Assembly: GCA_963819655.1 (NCBI GenBank) | Contig: CAWFXA010000002.1 | Span: forward strand, 416,001-480,000 | Direction: 5' to 3' | Length of the DNA stretch: 64,000 nucleotides | From: an uncultured Chloroflexia bacterium | Lineage (GTDB): Bacteria; Chloroflexota; Limnocylindria; Limnocylindrales; CSP1-4 | In this document: positions 10,566 to 21,696 of the stretch, piece after piece | How the letters are laid out: every line of letters starts with the position of its first letter | Position numbering within the stretch: the stretch's first letter is position 1 | Position numbers and translations under genes: made by a program | Notes under the pieces: generated by a model | Seen by the model: only the letters and a program-made list of their open reading frames with translations | The model's database searches: none | Told to the model about the DNA's origin: nothing

Positions 10566-11114
10566 GTGGACCGAGCCTTCAAGGCCCGCCTCGAGCGGCG
10601 GTTCGGCGAGCAGCTGACGGGCCCCATCCGGCAGCGCCACGACGAGACGGAGATCCGGATCGGGCCGGGCGACGTGACCCAGGTCATCACCGCGCTCCAC
10701 GACGAGCCGGAGTTCGGCTTCGAATTCCTGGCCGACCTGGCCGGGGTGGATACGGGCGACGTCATGCAGGTCGTGTACCACCTGTGGAGCGCGACCACGC
10801 CCGACTGGCTTCGGGTCATCGCCGACGGCCTGCCGCGCGAGGACCCGCGCGTCCCGTCGGTGACTTTCATGTGGAAGGGCGCCGAGTGGATGGAACGCGA
10901 GGCCTACGACATGTTCGGCATCACGTTCGAAGGCAATCGCGACCTGCGCCGCATCTACCTCCCTCCCGACTACACGAGCTTCCCTCTCCGAAAGGACTTC
11001 TACCTTCCGGACGACGCGGCCCGTTCCCCGGGCGCGGGCGTCCGACCCATGGAACGGACGCACACCCCACGCGAGACCCCGGCGACGGCGAACGTCCGTC
11101 GGGGCGGTGCGTGA
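10566..11114 (+). CDS. nuoC: NADH-quinone oxidoreductase subunit C
   Basis: DLAGVD, WMEREAYDMFGI.F.G and FPLRKDF motifs. Confidence 0.95.
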   Translation: MDRAFKARLERRFGEQLTGPIRQRHDETEIRIGPGDVTQVITALHDEPEFGFEFLADLAGVDTGDVMQVVYHLWSATTPDWLRVIADGLPREDPRVPSVTFMWKGAEWMEREAYDMFGITFEGNRDLRRIYLPPDYTSFPLRKDFYLPDDAARSPGAGVRPMERTHTPRETPATANVRRGGA

Positions 11115-11142
11115 CCTCCCGCGCGAACGGCAAGGACCTGCG

Positions 11143-12408
<1,266 letters not shown>

Positions 12409-12553
12409 CGTGCCGATCGACTGTCGGCGACCCGTGGGACGGCCGATGCCGGCGTTGCCGCCTCCGCTGCAGTCGCTCACGTAGCTCGGGCTACGCTCGC
12501 TCCGCTGCTCGGCGGCGCCTTGGCCTCGGCTCGGGTGCCGACGAGTCGGCACG
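12409..12553. repeat. Structured intergenic hairpin element, copy 2
   Basis: Outer stems CGTGCCGA/TCGGCACG and ACCCG/CGGGT; core GGCCGA..GGCGTTGCCGCC..TCGCTCA-CGTAGC/GCTACG-CTCGCTC..GGCGGCGCCTTG..TCGGCT. Confidence 0.85.
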
Positions 12554-12586
12554 AGCCGTTCGACAGGGCGCCGGGAAGACGGCCGG

Positions 12587-13936
12587 ATGACTGTGATCGG
12601 GCGGTCGTGGAGCAGGCTGACGCTGCCGGGGAAGGTCGTGTTCACGGTCGTCCCGCTATTGCTGCTGCTGACGATCGGGGCGATCGCGCTGATCGTGATC
12701 TTCGGCCAGGCGATCGTCGACATCCTCGTCGCCAACCTGCCGATCGTCCGCTTCGTCGTCGCCGTCACGGTCATCCTGATCGCGACCGTCCCGACCGCGT
12801 TCCTGATCATCTACATGGAGATGAAGATCATCGCTCTGATGAATCTTCGGATCGGGCCGGACCGGGTCGGGCCGTTCGGGTCGCTCCTGTCAACGGTCCA
12901 CGGGTTGAAGGTCCTCATGAAGGAGGACTTCACGCCGACCGGCGCGGATTCGCTGGTCTTCACGTGGGCGCCGGTCGTCGTCTACCTCGCGAGCGTCCTG
13001 TCGCTGCTCGTCATCCCGTTCGCACCCGGCTTGTTCGGGTATGACCTCAATCTCGGGCTGCTGTATTTCTTCGCGATCGGCGGCCTGGCCGTGGTCGGCC
13101 TGCTGATGGCCGGCTGGTCGAGCTACAACAAGTACTCGCTCCTGGGCGGATTGCGCGCGGCGGCCCAGGTCATCAGCTACGAGATCCCGCTGACGCTGTC
13201 GGTCGTCGGCCTGATGCTCCTGGCCGGGACGATGAGCCTGAACACGCTCGTCGAGAACCAGACCGGCTGGTTCACCGACTGGTACATCTTCCAGCAGCCG
13301 CTCGGGGCTCTCATCTTCTTCATCGCGGCTACCGCCGAGGCGAACCGCACCCCGTTCGACCTGACCGAGGCCGACTCGGAGATCGTCGCCGGGTTCGCGA
13401 CCGAGTACTCGGGCATGCGGTTCGGGTTCTTCTTCTTTGCCGAGTACGTGAACGTGTTCATCGTCTCGGCCCTGTTCGTCACGCTCTTCCTGGGTGGCTG
13501 GAATGCGCCGTTCCCGTGGCCATGGCCGGTCGAGCTGAACATCGATCCAGCGTCGTTCAACATCGGCCTGCTGTTCATCCTCGGCCTGGTGCCGGTCGTC
13601 CTGACGCTGTTGTTCGGCGCGCCCTTCTACCTGCTGAACTCGCGCATCAGATGGTGGCAGGCGCTGCTCATCGGGTTCGTTCTTGCGAACCTGTTCATCG
13701 TCACGCTGCTCGGCGCGTGGGCGTACCTCGGACTGCCGTGGGTCGCCGGTATCCTCTGGTTCATGCTCAAGACCTACACGCTCGTGTTCACGTTCGTGTG
13801 GATGCGCGGCACCTTGCCCCGGGTCCGGATCGACCAGCTGATGGACTTCGCGTGGAAGTGGCTGCTGCCGGTGTCGCTGCTCAACCTGTTCGTGACGGCC
13901 GGCGCGATCGTCGTCATCAAGGGACTGGGTCGATGA
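12587..13936 (+). CDS. nuoH: NADH-quinone oxidoreductase subunit H (with extra hydrophobic segments)
   Basis: RIGPDRVGPFG, NKYSLLGGLRAAAQVISYE, NRTPFDL.EA..E and TLPRVRIDQLM motifs. Confidence 0.96.
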   Translation: MTVIGRSWSRLTLPGKVVFTVVPLLLLLTIGAIALIVIFGQAIVDILVANLPIVRFVVAVTVILIATVPTAFLIIYMEMKIIALMNLRIGPDRVGPFGSLLSTVHGLKVLMKEDFTPTGADSLVFTWAPVVVYLASVLSLLVIPFAPGLFGYDLNLGLLYFFAIGGLAVVGLLMAGWSSYNKYSLLGGLRAAAQVISYEIPLTLSVVGLMLLAGTMSLNTLVENQTGWFTDWYIFQQPLGALIFFIAATAEANRTPFDLTEADSEIVAGFATEYSGMRFGFFFFAEYVNVFIVSALFVTLFLGGWNAPFPWPWPVELNIDPASFNIGLLFILGLVPVVLTLLFGAPFYLLNSRIRWWQALLIGFVLANLFIVTLLGAWAYLGLPWVAGILWFMLKTYTLVFTFVWMRGTLPRVRIDQLMDFAWKWLLPVSLLNLFVTAGAIVVIKGLGR

Positions 13937-14610
13937 GCTTCGTCCCCGGCCTCGGCATCGTGAAGGGAATGGCCCTGACCCTTCGGCGCTTCTTCGAGCC
14001 GAAGGTCACGATCATGTATCCGGAGGTGCGGCTCGACGTCCCGCACAAGTTCCGCGGCCGTCTGCAGCTGCTCTACGACGAGTGGGGCACGCTCAAGTGC
14101 GAGACCTGCTTCCAGTGCGCCCAGGCGTGTCCGATCGAGTGTATCGACATGGGCGGCATCGACACGCGCGGCCGCTACCACGTCCACTGGGGAGCGCCCG
14201 AGACCTATGGCGAGCGACGCGAGGAATCGGCGATGCGCCGCTCGGGCCGGCCCGTCCCGGACCCCGCCTATCGGCCGTTCGAGCCGATCGCGATGGGCGA
14301 GGTAGACCGCGTCCTCGAGGAGTACGACCACGACCCGGCGCGGATGCTCGACATCCTCGAGGCGACCCAGGACGCTTACGGCTATCTCCCCGTAGCTGCC
14401 CTCAAGCGCATCAGCCACGCGACCGGCGCCTGGTACGCGATGATCTACGGTACCGCCAGCTACTACGCCCACCTGCGGTTTGAGCCGGCGAGCGCCAGCG
14501 AGCAGGCAGCGGCGGTCGCCGAGCATCGGCCAGCCGAGGGGACATACCTGTCTGCCCTCGGCGCGGCGCTCGAGGGAGGCGGTCGCCCGGGCGCGCCCGC
14601 CCGCGCCTGA
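13933..14610 (+). CDS. nuoI: Fusion of the NuoI N-terminal half (one CxxCxxCxxxCP) and the NuoE N-terminal helical domain
   Basis: VTIMYPE..FRGR..KCETCFQCAQACP, then NuoE-like ILEATQDAYGYLP..ISHATG..IYGTASYY. No second ferredoxin motif and no NuoE 2Fe-2S cysteines. Confidence 0.85.
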   Translation: MSFVPGLGIVKGMALTLRRFFEPKVTIMYPEVRLDVPHKFRGRLQLLYDEWGTLKCETCFQCAQACPIECIDMGGIDTRGRYHVHWGAPETYGERREESAMRRSGRPVPDPAYRPFEPIAMGEVDRVLEEYDHDPARMLDILEATQDAYGYLPVAALKRISHATGAWYAMIYGTASYYAHLRFEPASASEQAAAVAEHRPAEGTYLSALGAALEGGGRPGAPARA

Positions 14611-14612
14611 CG

Positions 14613-15908
14613 ATGGTGACCCTGCTCAAGACCCCGGCCAGTTGGCCGCGGATCCTGCTGGCCCGAGCCGGCGAGAAGGACCCCACCGACCTCGATGCCG
14701 CCGTCGCTGCCGGGGCCTTCGACGGCCTGCGGCGCGCGATCCGCGACCTCGGCGGGGCCGCCACGATCGCGACCATCGCGGCCTCCGGCCTGCGCGGGCG
14801 TGGCGGCGCGGGCTACCCGACCGGTGACAAATGGCGGACGGCGGCAGACACCGATGCCGACCGCCGGTACGTCGTCGCCAACGGCTACGGCGCCGACCCG
14901 GCGTCGCACACCGATCGAACGCTCATGCTGCGCGACCCGTTCGCGGTCATCGAAGGGACCGCCATCGCGGCCAGCGCCATCGGTGCGACCGAGGCCTTCA
15001 TCGCGGTCCGCGCCGAGGACGCCGACGTCGTCGCCCGGTTGTCTGCGGCGATCGGCGCGGCGACCGATGCAGGCTTCATCGGCGCCGACGTCCTCGGGTC
15101 GGGCCGTGACCTGTGGCTCACGGTCCGCCCGGTGCAGGGCGCATACATGCTCGGCGAGGAGACGGTCCTGCTCAAGGCGCTCGAAGGCAAGCGCGGCCAG
15201 CCCGAGCAGAAGCCACCGCATCCCGCCACTGTCGGCCTGTACGAGCGCCCGACGGTCGTCAACAACGTCCAGACGCTGGCCGCCGTGCCGTGGATCGTGC
15301 GCTCGGGCGCCGACGCCTACCGCGCGACCGGTTCGACCAGGTCGTCGGGCACCGTCCTCGTGCAGCTCCGGGCGCCCGGCAAGCAGGGCGTCGCCGAGGT
15401 CCCGCTGGGCACGCCGCTTCGCGACATCGTGAAGCTCGGCGGGAAGATGCCGGCCGGCCGGACGCTCCAGGCGGTGCTCATCGGCGGGCCGTCCGGCGGC
15501 CTGCTCCCGCCCGATGCGCTCGATACCCCGTACGACTTCGGGACGCTCCGCGAGGCGGGCGCCCATCTCGGCTCGGGCTCCGTTGTCGCGGTCGACGACC
15601 GTACGGACCTGCTCGAGCTGGTCGGGGTGCTGATGCGGTTCTGCGCGAACGAGGCATGCGGCAAGTCGATCCCCTGCCGCATCGGGACGAAGCGGCTGGC
15701 CGAGATCGTCGCCCGTCGCGAGGACGGGCTCCTCCGCCCGGTCGACACCCAGCTGGCGGCCGACCTGGCACACGACATCGTCGAGTCCGCCCTGTGCGAC
15801 CACGAGCGGCTCGCGACCCTCCCGCTCACGAGCGGGATGCGATACTTCGGGTCCGACTTCGACCCCGCCAACCGACCCCCGCCGGTCGCGACCGAGGCCG
15901 CCCGATGA
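14613..15908 (+). CDS. nuoF: NuoF-like flavoprotein subunit, degenerate
   Basis: SGLRGRGGAGYPTG.KW, GAY..GEET.LL..LEGKRG and PTVVNNV.T motifs; the NADEGEP motif and one N3 Cys are altered. Confidence 0.85.
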   Translation: MVTLLKTPASWPRILLARAGEKDPTDLDAAVAAGAFDGLRRAIRDLGGAATIATIAASGLRGRGGAGYPTGDKWRTAADTDADRRYVVANGYGADPASHTDRTLMLRDPFAVIEGTAIAASAIGATEAFIAVRAEDADVVARLSAAIGAATDAGFIGADVLGSGRDLWLTVRPVQGAYMLGEETVLLKALEGKRGQPEQKPPHPATVGLYERPTVVNNVQTLAAVPWIVRSGADAYRATGSTRSSGTVLVQLRAPGKQGVAEVPLGTPLRDIVKLGGKMPAGRTLQAVLIGGPSGGLLPPDALDTPYDFGTLREAGAHLGSGSVVAVDDRTDLLELVGVLMRFCANEACGKSIPCRIGTKRLAEIVARREDGLLRPVDTQLAADLAHDIVESALCDHERLATLPLTSGMRYFGSDFDPANRPPPVATEAAR

Positions 15909-18553
15909 CCGACACCCTGGCCCGCCCAGAGCGCCTGCCCTCCGGGGCCCCGACCGAGACGTCGGCGTCGCCGGACTCGCTCGCCGAGCGCCTGCTCGAC
16001 ACCCAGGCGCCACAGCGACCGCAGTCGACTCCGCGCATCCGGATCGAGGTCGATGGTCGCGTCGTCGAGGGGTTCGAGGGCCAGACGATCCTCGAGGTCT
16101 GCCGCGACAACGGCATCGAGATCCCGACGCTGTGCTACGAGCCAAAGCTGCCCGGGTTCGGGGCATGCCGGATGTGCGTCGTCGAGGTCGAAGGCGAGGA
16201 ACACCCGCCGATCTCGTGCTCGCGCTCGTGCGAGGACGGGATGAAGGTCGAAACGCAAACAGAGGAGATCCGTCGCCTGCGCCGCACCAACCTCGAGCTG
16301 ATCTTCTCCGACCACAACGCCTACTGCCTGCCGCCCTGCCAGAACAAGTGCCCGAGCCACATCGACATCCCGGGCTTCCTCAAGGCGAATGCCGAGGGCG
16401 ACTGGCGGGAGAGCACCCGCATCTTCAAGCGGACGATCCCCTTCCCGTCGGTGCTCGGGCGGGTCTGCCCGGCGCCGTGCGAGGAGCACTGCCGGCGCGA
16501 CGAGGTCGACGAGGCGATCGCGATCCGCGACACCCACCGCTACGCGGGCGACCAGGTCCTCAAGTCGATGCTCGACGAGGACGTCGATCCGCCCGTGCCG
16601 TTCGAGCGCCAGGCTCCGTCCGGGCGACGGGCCGCCGTCATCGGCTCGGGCCCGGCCGGCATGGCCGCGGCGTACTACCTGCTCATCGCCGGTCACGACG
16701 TCACGGTCTTCGAGCGCGACCCGTCGCCGGGCGGCATGCTCCGCTACGGCATCCCGCAGTACCGGCTGCCGAAGGTCGAGGTGCTCGAGGCCGAGTACGA
16801 GTCGATCTCGCGGCTCGGCGGCACGGTCGTCTGCAACGCCGGTCTGGGCCGAGACTTCACGCTCGACGACCTGACGAACCAGGGCTTCGATTCGGTCATC
16901 GTGGCGATCGGCTGCTACGACACGAACAAGCTCGGGATCCCCAACGAGGACGCCGACGGCGTCATCGACGGCCTCGAATACCTGCGAACGGCGACGCTCG
17001 GGCTGCCGTATCCGGGCCACGTCGGCAAGCGCGTCGTGGTGATCGGCGGCGGCTTCACCTCGATGGACTGCTCGCGGACGTCGATCCGCCAGGGCGCGGC
17101 CGAGGTCACGCTCGTGTACCGCCGCGACATGAAGGACATGCCCGCGGCCGACGAGGTCCACGAGGCGATCGAGGAAGGCGTCACCACGATCTTCCAGGCG
17201 GGCCCGACGCGCGTCATCACGAACCCCAAGACCGGAGCCGTGACCGGCGTCGAGTTCATCCGGATGCAGCTCGGCGAGCCGGACGCCTCCGGCCGGCGGC
17301 GCCCGGAGCCGGCATCCGGCACCGAATTCACGATCCCCTGCGATCGCGTGCTGCTGGCCATCGGTCAGGGTCCCGAGCTCGACTGGATCGGGACGCCCGG
17401 CAATGAGGGGCCCGAGGCGACGAAGCAGCGTCGTCTCAAGGCGGACGCGGTCACGTTCTGGACGGGCCGGCCCGGCGTCTTCGGCAGCGGCGATGTGCGG
17501 ATCGGCGCGGCCACGGTCGTCGAGGCGGTCGCAGAAGGCCGGCGCGCGGCCTACGCCGTGGACGCCTACATGAAGGGCATGGACCTCGACGCCATCCGCA
17601 CGCGCCAGACGCTGGCCGAGCCGCAGCCCGAGTTCCTCTCGATCGTGCCGTTCACCGGCGAGATCAAGGAGCCGCGCTATCGGATGACGCCACTGCCCGC
17701 GGAGGCGCGCAACGACAGCTACATCGAATACGAGCTGCCGTATACGCGCGAGGCGGCGATGGCGGAATCGACTCGCTGCCTGCAGTGCACGTGTGAGGCG
17801 ATCGGGTTCTGCGACCTGCGCCGGCTCGGGATCGAGTACGGCACGACCCTCCAGACGCTCGAGCCGCAGTACCACCAAGGCGCCGGCTATCGGAGCGTGA
17901 CCGAGAACCGGTTCACCGGCATCAACCACGACTACATCCGCGACGACTCCCATGCGTTCATCCTGCGCGAGCCGTCGCGCTGCATCGACTGCGGGCGCTG
18001 CGCGAACGTGTGCGCCGAGGTCGTCGGGGCGGCGTGCTACGACTTCATGCGCATCGGCTTCGACACGCTGGTCACGACGCCGCTCGACATGAGCCTCAAC
18101 GACACCCCGTGCGTGTCGTGCGGTCGCTGCGCGGAGACCTGCCCGACCGGCGCCCTGATGCCCAAGCCGCGCATCCTCGAGAAGTACGAGGTCGACGAGA
18201 GCCGCTGCATCCTGTGCGGCATCTGCGTCGACGCCTGCCCATACGACGCGCTGCGCGACGGTGCCGACATCGAGCTCGCCCACACCGGCCGCTCGGAGCC
18301 GACGATCGACCTCATGGCGCTCGCCGCGATCGACCGCGAGACCGAGGTGACCTACATCCAGCGCGAGCGCGACTGGCTCACCCGGGCGCGTGCCGAAGGC
18401 CGCGTGGTCGACCAGTCGCGACTGCTGCCGATGCTGCCCCCGGCGATCGATGGCGTGCCGAGCAACGGCGGACGCTCGAACGGGAACGGCCACGGTCACG
18501 GTCACGACGGTCATGGGGCGGTCGCCGCGCTCGGCCCTGGCCGGCACGAGTAG
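15905..18553 (+). CDS. NuoG-N/GltD-type FAD-NAD(P)H Fe-S flavoprotein fused to the NuoI C-terminal half
   Basis: 2Fe-2S domain (IPTLC..GACRMC..C); GltD-like PCQNKCP/LGRVCPAPCE; GSGPAG; GGGFTSMD..VYRR; two ferredoxin motifs; then YEVDESRCILCGICVDACPYDAL..GADIELA. Confidence 0.88.
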   Translation: MTDTLARPERLPSGAPTETSASPDSLAERLLDTQAPQRPQSTPRIRIEVDGRVVEGFEGQTILEVCRDNGIEIPTLCYEPKLPGFGACRMCVVEVEGEEHPPISCSRSCEDGMKVETQTEEIRRLRRTNLELIFSDHNAYCLPPCQNKCPSHIDIPGFLKANAEGDWRESTRIFKRTIPFPSVLGRVCPAPCEEHCRRDEVDEAIAIRDTHRYAGDQVLKSMLDEDVDPPVPFERQAPSGRRAAVIGSGPAGMAAAYYLLIAGHDVTVFERDPSPGGMLRYGIPQYRLPKVEVLEAEYESISRLGGTVVCNAGLGRDFTLDDLTNQGFDSVIVAIGCYDTNKLGIPNEDADGVIDGLEYLRTATLGLPYPGHVGKRVVVIGGGFTSMDCSRTSIRQGAAEVTLVYRRDMKDMPAADEVHEAIEEGVTTIFQAGPTRVITNPKTGAVTGVEFIRMQLGEPDASGRRRPEPASGTEFTIPCDRVLLAIGQGPELDWIGTPGNEGPEATKQRRLKADAVTFWTGRPGVFGSGDVRIGAATVVEAVAEGRRAAYAVDAYMKGMDLDAIRTRQTLAEPQPEFLSIVPFTGEIKEPRYRMTPLPAEARNDSYIEYELPYTREAAMAESTRCLQCTCEAIGFCDLRRLGIEYGTTLQTLEPQYHQGAGYRSVTENRFTGINHDYIRDDSHAFILREPSRCIDCGRCANVCAEVVGAACYDFMRIGFDTLVTTPLDMSLNDTPCVSCGRCAETCPTGALMPKPRILEKYEVDESRCILCGICVDACPYDALRDGADIELAHTGRSEPTIDLMALAAIDRETEVTYIQRERDWLTRARAEGRVVDQSRLLPMLPPAIDGVPSNGGRSNGNGHGHGHDGHGAVAALGPGRHE

Positions 18554-18555
18554 AC

Positions 18556-19149
18556 GTGCGCGCGAAGCTGCCCCAGATCATCTTCGCGCTCCTGATCATG
18601 GGCGCAGTCCTCGGCATCGCTGCCCTCCTGGTCGTCGTCCTCCACCAGGACTGGGAGGACGCGCTCCTGTGGATCCTCGGAGTCGTGATGCTGGGCGCGG
18701 GGCTCCTGGTCGTGACGATGCGCGACATCATCCGCTGCGGCCTGGCCATGATCGTCTGCTTCCTCGCGCTGGCCGGCATCTATGTCCTGATGGGCGTCCC
18801 GCTCCTCGGGGCGGCGCAGGTCATCGTGTACATCGGCGCGATCAGCGTGCTGGTCCTGTTCGCCATCATGCTGACCCAGACCAAGGACGCCCCGAGCCGG
18901 CTCGTGTTCCAGACCCAGGCCGGTCCGGCGGCGATCGCGGCGGTCGTGGTCGCGATCCTCATCGCCCTCGCCGTGGGCGCCACGGACTGGCATGAGGTCG
19001 CCCGCCGGGCGCGCCTGAGCACGACCGAGATGGCGCGGGTCCTGTTCGAGCAGTTCGTGTTCCCGTTCGAGATCGTCAGCGTGCTGCTGCTGGCCGCCGT
19101 GATCGGCGGCGTGTTCCTGGCCAAGCGCGAGCCGGGCGGTCCGTCGTGA
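18556..19149 (+). CDS. nuoJ: NADH-quinone oxidoreductase subunit J
   Basis: [20 protein letters not shown] and [15 protein letters not shown] motifs. Confidence 0.94.
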   Translation: MRAKLPQIIFALLIMGAVLGIAALLVVVLHQDWEDALLWILGVVMLGAGLLVVTMRDIIRCGLAMIVCFLALAGIYVLMGVPLLGAAQVIVYIGAISVLVLFAIMLTQTKDAPSRLVFQTQAGPAAIAAVVVAILIALAVGATDWHEVARRARLSTTEMARVLFEQFVFPFEIVSVLLLAAVIGGVFLAKREPGGPS

Positions 19150-19463
19150 GCGACAGCCTCGACACCTACCTGATCCTGTCCGGGATCCTCTTCGCGATCG
19201 GCACGTTCGGCTTCCTCGCGCGGCGCAACGCGATCAGCATGCTCATGTCGATCGAGCTGATGCTCAACGCGGTCAACCTGACGATCGTGGCTTTCGGCCT
19301 GTTCGGGCCCCGCCCCGACGCGATCGCCCAGGGCGCGGTGTTCGCGCTGATGGTCATGGCGGTCGCTGCGGCTGAGGCGACGGTCGGGCTGGCGATCGTC
19401 ATCGCGATCTACCGCAACAAGAGGACTCCGCTAGTCGATGAGTACGACTCCATGAGGCAGTGA
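19146..19463 (+). CDS. nuoK: NADH-quinone oxidoreductase subunit K
   Basis: [20 protein letters not shown] and [11 protein letters not shown] motifs. Confidence 0.96.
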   Translation: MSDSLDTYLILSGILFAIGTFGFLARRNAISMLMSIELMLNAVNLTIVAFGLFGPRPDAIAQGAVFALMVMAVAAAEATVGLAIVIAIYRNKRTPLVDEYDSMRQ

Positions 19464-19485
19464 TGGGGCTGCGGCGGACAGTTCG

Positions 19486-19649
19486 GCGTGCCACCGGGCA
19501 GCCGATGGCGGCGTTGCCGACTGCGGGCGATCGCTCACGCATACCGCCCCGAGGCCTGAGGCGACGCCCCACGAGCCATCAGCCCGAGGGTTCGTGCGCT
19601 CGCTCCCGTCCTCGTCGGCGCCTTGCCCTCGGCTCCCCCGCTGACACGC
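19486..19649. repeat. Structured intergenic hairpin element, copy 3 (expanded apical loop)
   Basis: AGCCGA..GGCGTTGCCGAC..TCGCTCA-CGCA...TGCG-CTCGCTC..GTCGGCGCCTTG..TCGGCT; outer stem GCGTG/CACGC. Confidence 0.8.
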
Positions 19650-19704
19650 ACGGTAGTTCGGCAGACATGCACGGTCGTTCGGGCGGGCTGCCGGGCAGTT
19701 CCAC

Positions 19705-21696
19705 GTGACGATCGAGACGCTGCTGCCGCTCCTGCTCGTCCTGCCGATGGCGGGCTTCCTCATCACGGCGCTGATCGGCCGGCGGCTGGGCAAGCAGGCG
19801 CACTGGATCCCGGTCGGGGTCATCTTCCTGGCCTGGATCGTCGCGATGCTGGCGGTGTGGAACGTGCTGACAGGGGCGGCGCCCTTGCTGCCCGGCTCAG
19901 AGGACACGCACGGTTACGTCGTCGGGCCGTGGGAGTGGATCCCGGCCGGCGGCTTCCACGTCGAGCTCGGGATCCTGGTCGACCCGCTGACCGCCTGCCT
20001 GCTGATCGTCGTCACCACGATCGGCCTGCTGGTCCACGTCTACTCGATCGGCTACATGAGCCACGACCCCGGCTACTGGCGGTTCTTCGCGTACATGAAC
20101 CTGTTCATGTTCTCGATGCTGCTGCTGGTGCTCGCCGACAACTGGCTGGTCCTGTTCGTGGCGTGGGAGCTGGTCGGCCTGTCGAGCTACCTGCTCATCG
20201 GCTTCTGGTACCGCAAGCGGAGCGCGGCTCTTGCCGCCAAGAAGGCGTTCATCGTCAACCGGGTCGGCGATGTCGGGTTCGCCCTCGGGATCATGGCCAT
20301 CTTCCTGAACACGGGCACGCTGAACGTTCGCGAGTCGATCGAGATCCTGATCAACCCGACGCTCGTCGCCTTCCCGATCCCCGTCCCGATCGTCGCGCTG
20401 TTGGTCTTCGCCGGTGCCATGGGCAAGAGCGCCCAGTTCCCGCTCCACGTGTGGCTGCCGGACGCGATGGAAGGCCCGACTCCGGTGTCGGCGCTCATCC
20501 ACGCGGCCACGATGGTCAACGCCGGCGTGTACCTCGTGGCCCGTGCCAACCCGCTGTTCGCGGCCGCGCCGTCCACGATGGTCGTCGTCGCGGCGATCGG
20601 CATCTTCACGGCGATCCTGGCCGCGTCGATCGCGATGACCCAGACCGACATCAAACGGGTGCTCGCGTACTCGACGCTATCCCAGCTCGGCTACATGTTC
20701 GCGGCGCTCGGGGTCGGCGCGTTCACCGCGGCGATCTTCCACCTCATGACCCACGGCTTCTTCAAGGGCCTGCTGTTCCTCGGATCGGGCTCGGTCATCC
20801 ACGCCGTCCACGACGAGCAGGACATGCGCCGGATGGGCGGCCTGGCGAAGAGGATCCCCATCACCTACGCCACGATGCTCGTGGGCTCGATCGCGATCTC
20901 CGGGATCCCACCGCTTGCCGGATTCTTCTCGAAAGACGAGATCCTCGGCGAGGCCTTCAAGTTCGGCTTCTACTGGGTCTGGGCGGTCGGCCTGTTCGTG
21001 GCGCTGCTGACCGCGTTCTACATGTTCCGGCTCATGGGTCTGACCTTCTGGGGCGTGTTCCGCGGCCCAAAGGAGATCTGGGACCGCATCCACGAATCAC
21101 CGGCAGTCATGACCGTGCCGCTGATCCTGCTGGCGATCCCGTCGGTGCTCCTGGGCATCGCCCTCGGTCTGCCGTTCGGCGACAGCACCATCCACCGCTG
21201 GCTCGAGCCGGTGTTCCACCACGCGACCGAGATGCTCGCCTTGCCGCACGAGCCGTACGCCCTGTTCGGCATCGACGGCGGTCTGATCCTCGCCAGTGTG
21301 ACCGTCGCCGTGATCGGCGTGGTCCTTGCCTGGCGCTACTTCGGCGTCGAACTGGGCGGGTTGCGGCTGCCGGCCCGGCCGGAGGTCGTCCGCGAGATCA
21401 GCGCGAGGCCCGGTCTATCCTTCCTGTACCGCGCCTCGCTCAACAAGTGGTGGTTCGATGAGCTCAACCACCTGCTCTTCATCGTCATCGGCGGAAGGCT
21501 GGCGCAGGCGATCTGGTGGTTCGACCGCGAGGTCATCGACGGGACCGTCAACGGCATCGGCAGCGCGACCATCTCGGTCGGCCGCGGCCTTCGCCGCGTG
21601 CAGACCGGTCGGGTCCAGAACTACGCGCTCGGGATCGCCCTCGGGCTGATCGTGATGGCCGGGTCATACCTGCTTCTCGCGGGGAACGGCGGATGA
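19705..21696 (+). CDS. nuoL: NADH-quinone oxidoreductase subunit L
   Basis: YSIGYM, KSAQFPLHVWLPDAMEGPTPVSALIHAATMV and HLMTHGFFKGLLFL motifs. Confidence 0.97.
   Translation: MTIETLLPLLLVLPMAGFLITALIGRRLGKQAHWIPVGVIFLAWIVAMLAVWNVLTGAAPLLPGSEDTHGYVVGPWEWIPAGGFHVELGILVDPLTACLLIVVTTIGLLVHVYSIGYMSHDPGYWRFFAYMNLFMFSMLLLVLADNWLVLFVAWELVGLSSYLLIGFWYRKRSAALAAKKAFIVNRVGDVGFALGIMAIFLNTGTLNVRESIEILINPTLVAFPIPVPIVALLVFAGAMGKSAQFPLHVWLPDAMEGPTPVSALIHAATMVNAGVYLVARANPLFAAAPSTMVVVAAIGIFTAILAASIAMTQTDIKRVLAYSTLSQLGYMFAALGVGAFTAAIFHLMTHGFFKGLLFLGSGSVIHAVHDEQDMRRMGGLAKRIPITYATMLVGSIAISGIPPLAGFFSKDEILGEAFKFGFYWVWAVGLFVALLTAFYMFRLMGLTFWGVFRGPKEIWDRIHESPAVMTVPLILLAIPSVLLGIALGLPFGDSTIHRWLEPVFHHATEMLALPHEPYALFGIDGGLILASVTVAVIGVVLAWRYFGVELGGLRLPARPEVVREISARPGLSFLYRASLNKWWFDELNHLLFIVIGGRLAQAIWWFDREVIDGTVNGIGSATISVGRGLRRVQTGRVQNYALGIALGLIVMAGSYLLLAGNGG

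Noticed and set aside
15317-18547. Long antisense or alternative-frame ORFs (e.g. 15317-18547, 19623-21461, 37784-39682, 43294-45330, 47922-50543, 57585-59783)
   Set aside because: Shadow ORFs of real genes in high-GC DNA, with Arg/Gly/Pro-rich or mirror-codon composition and no motifs.
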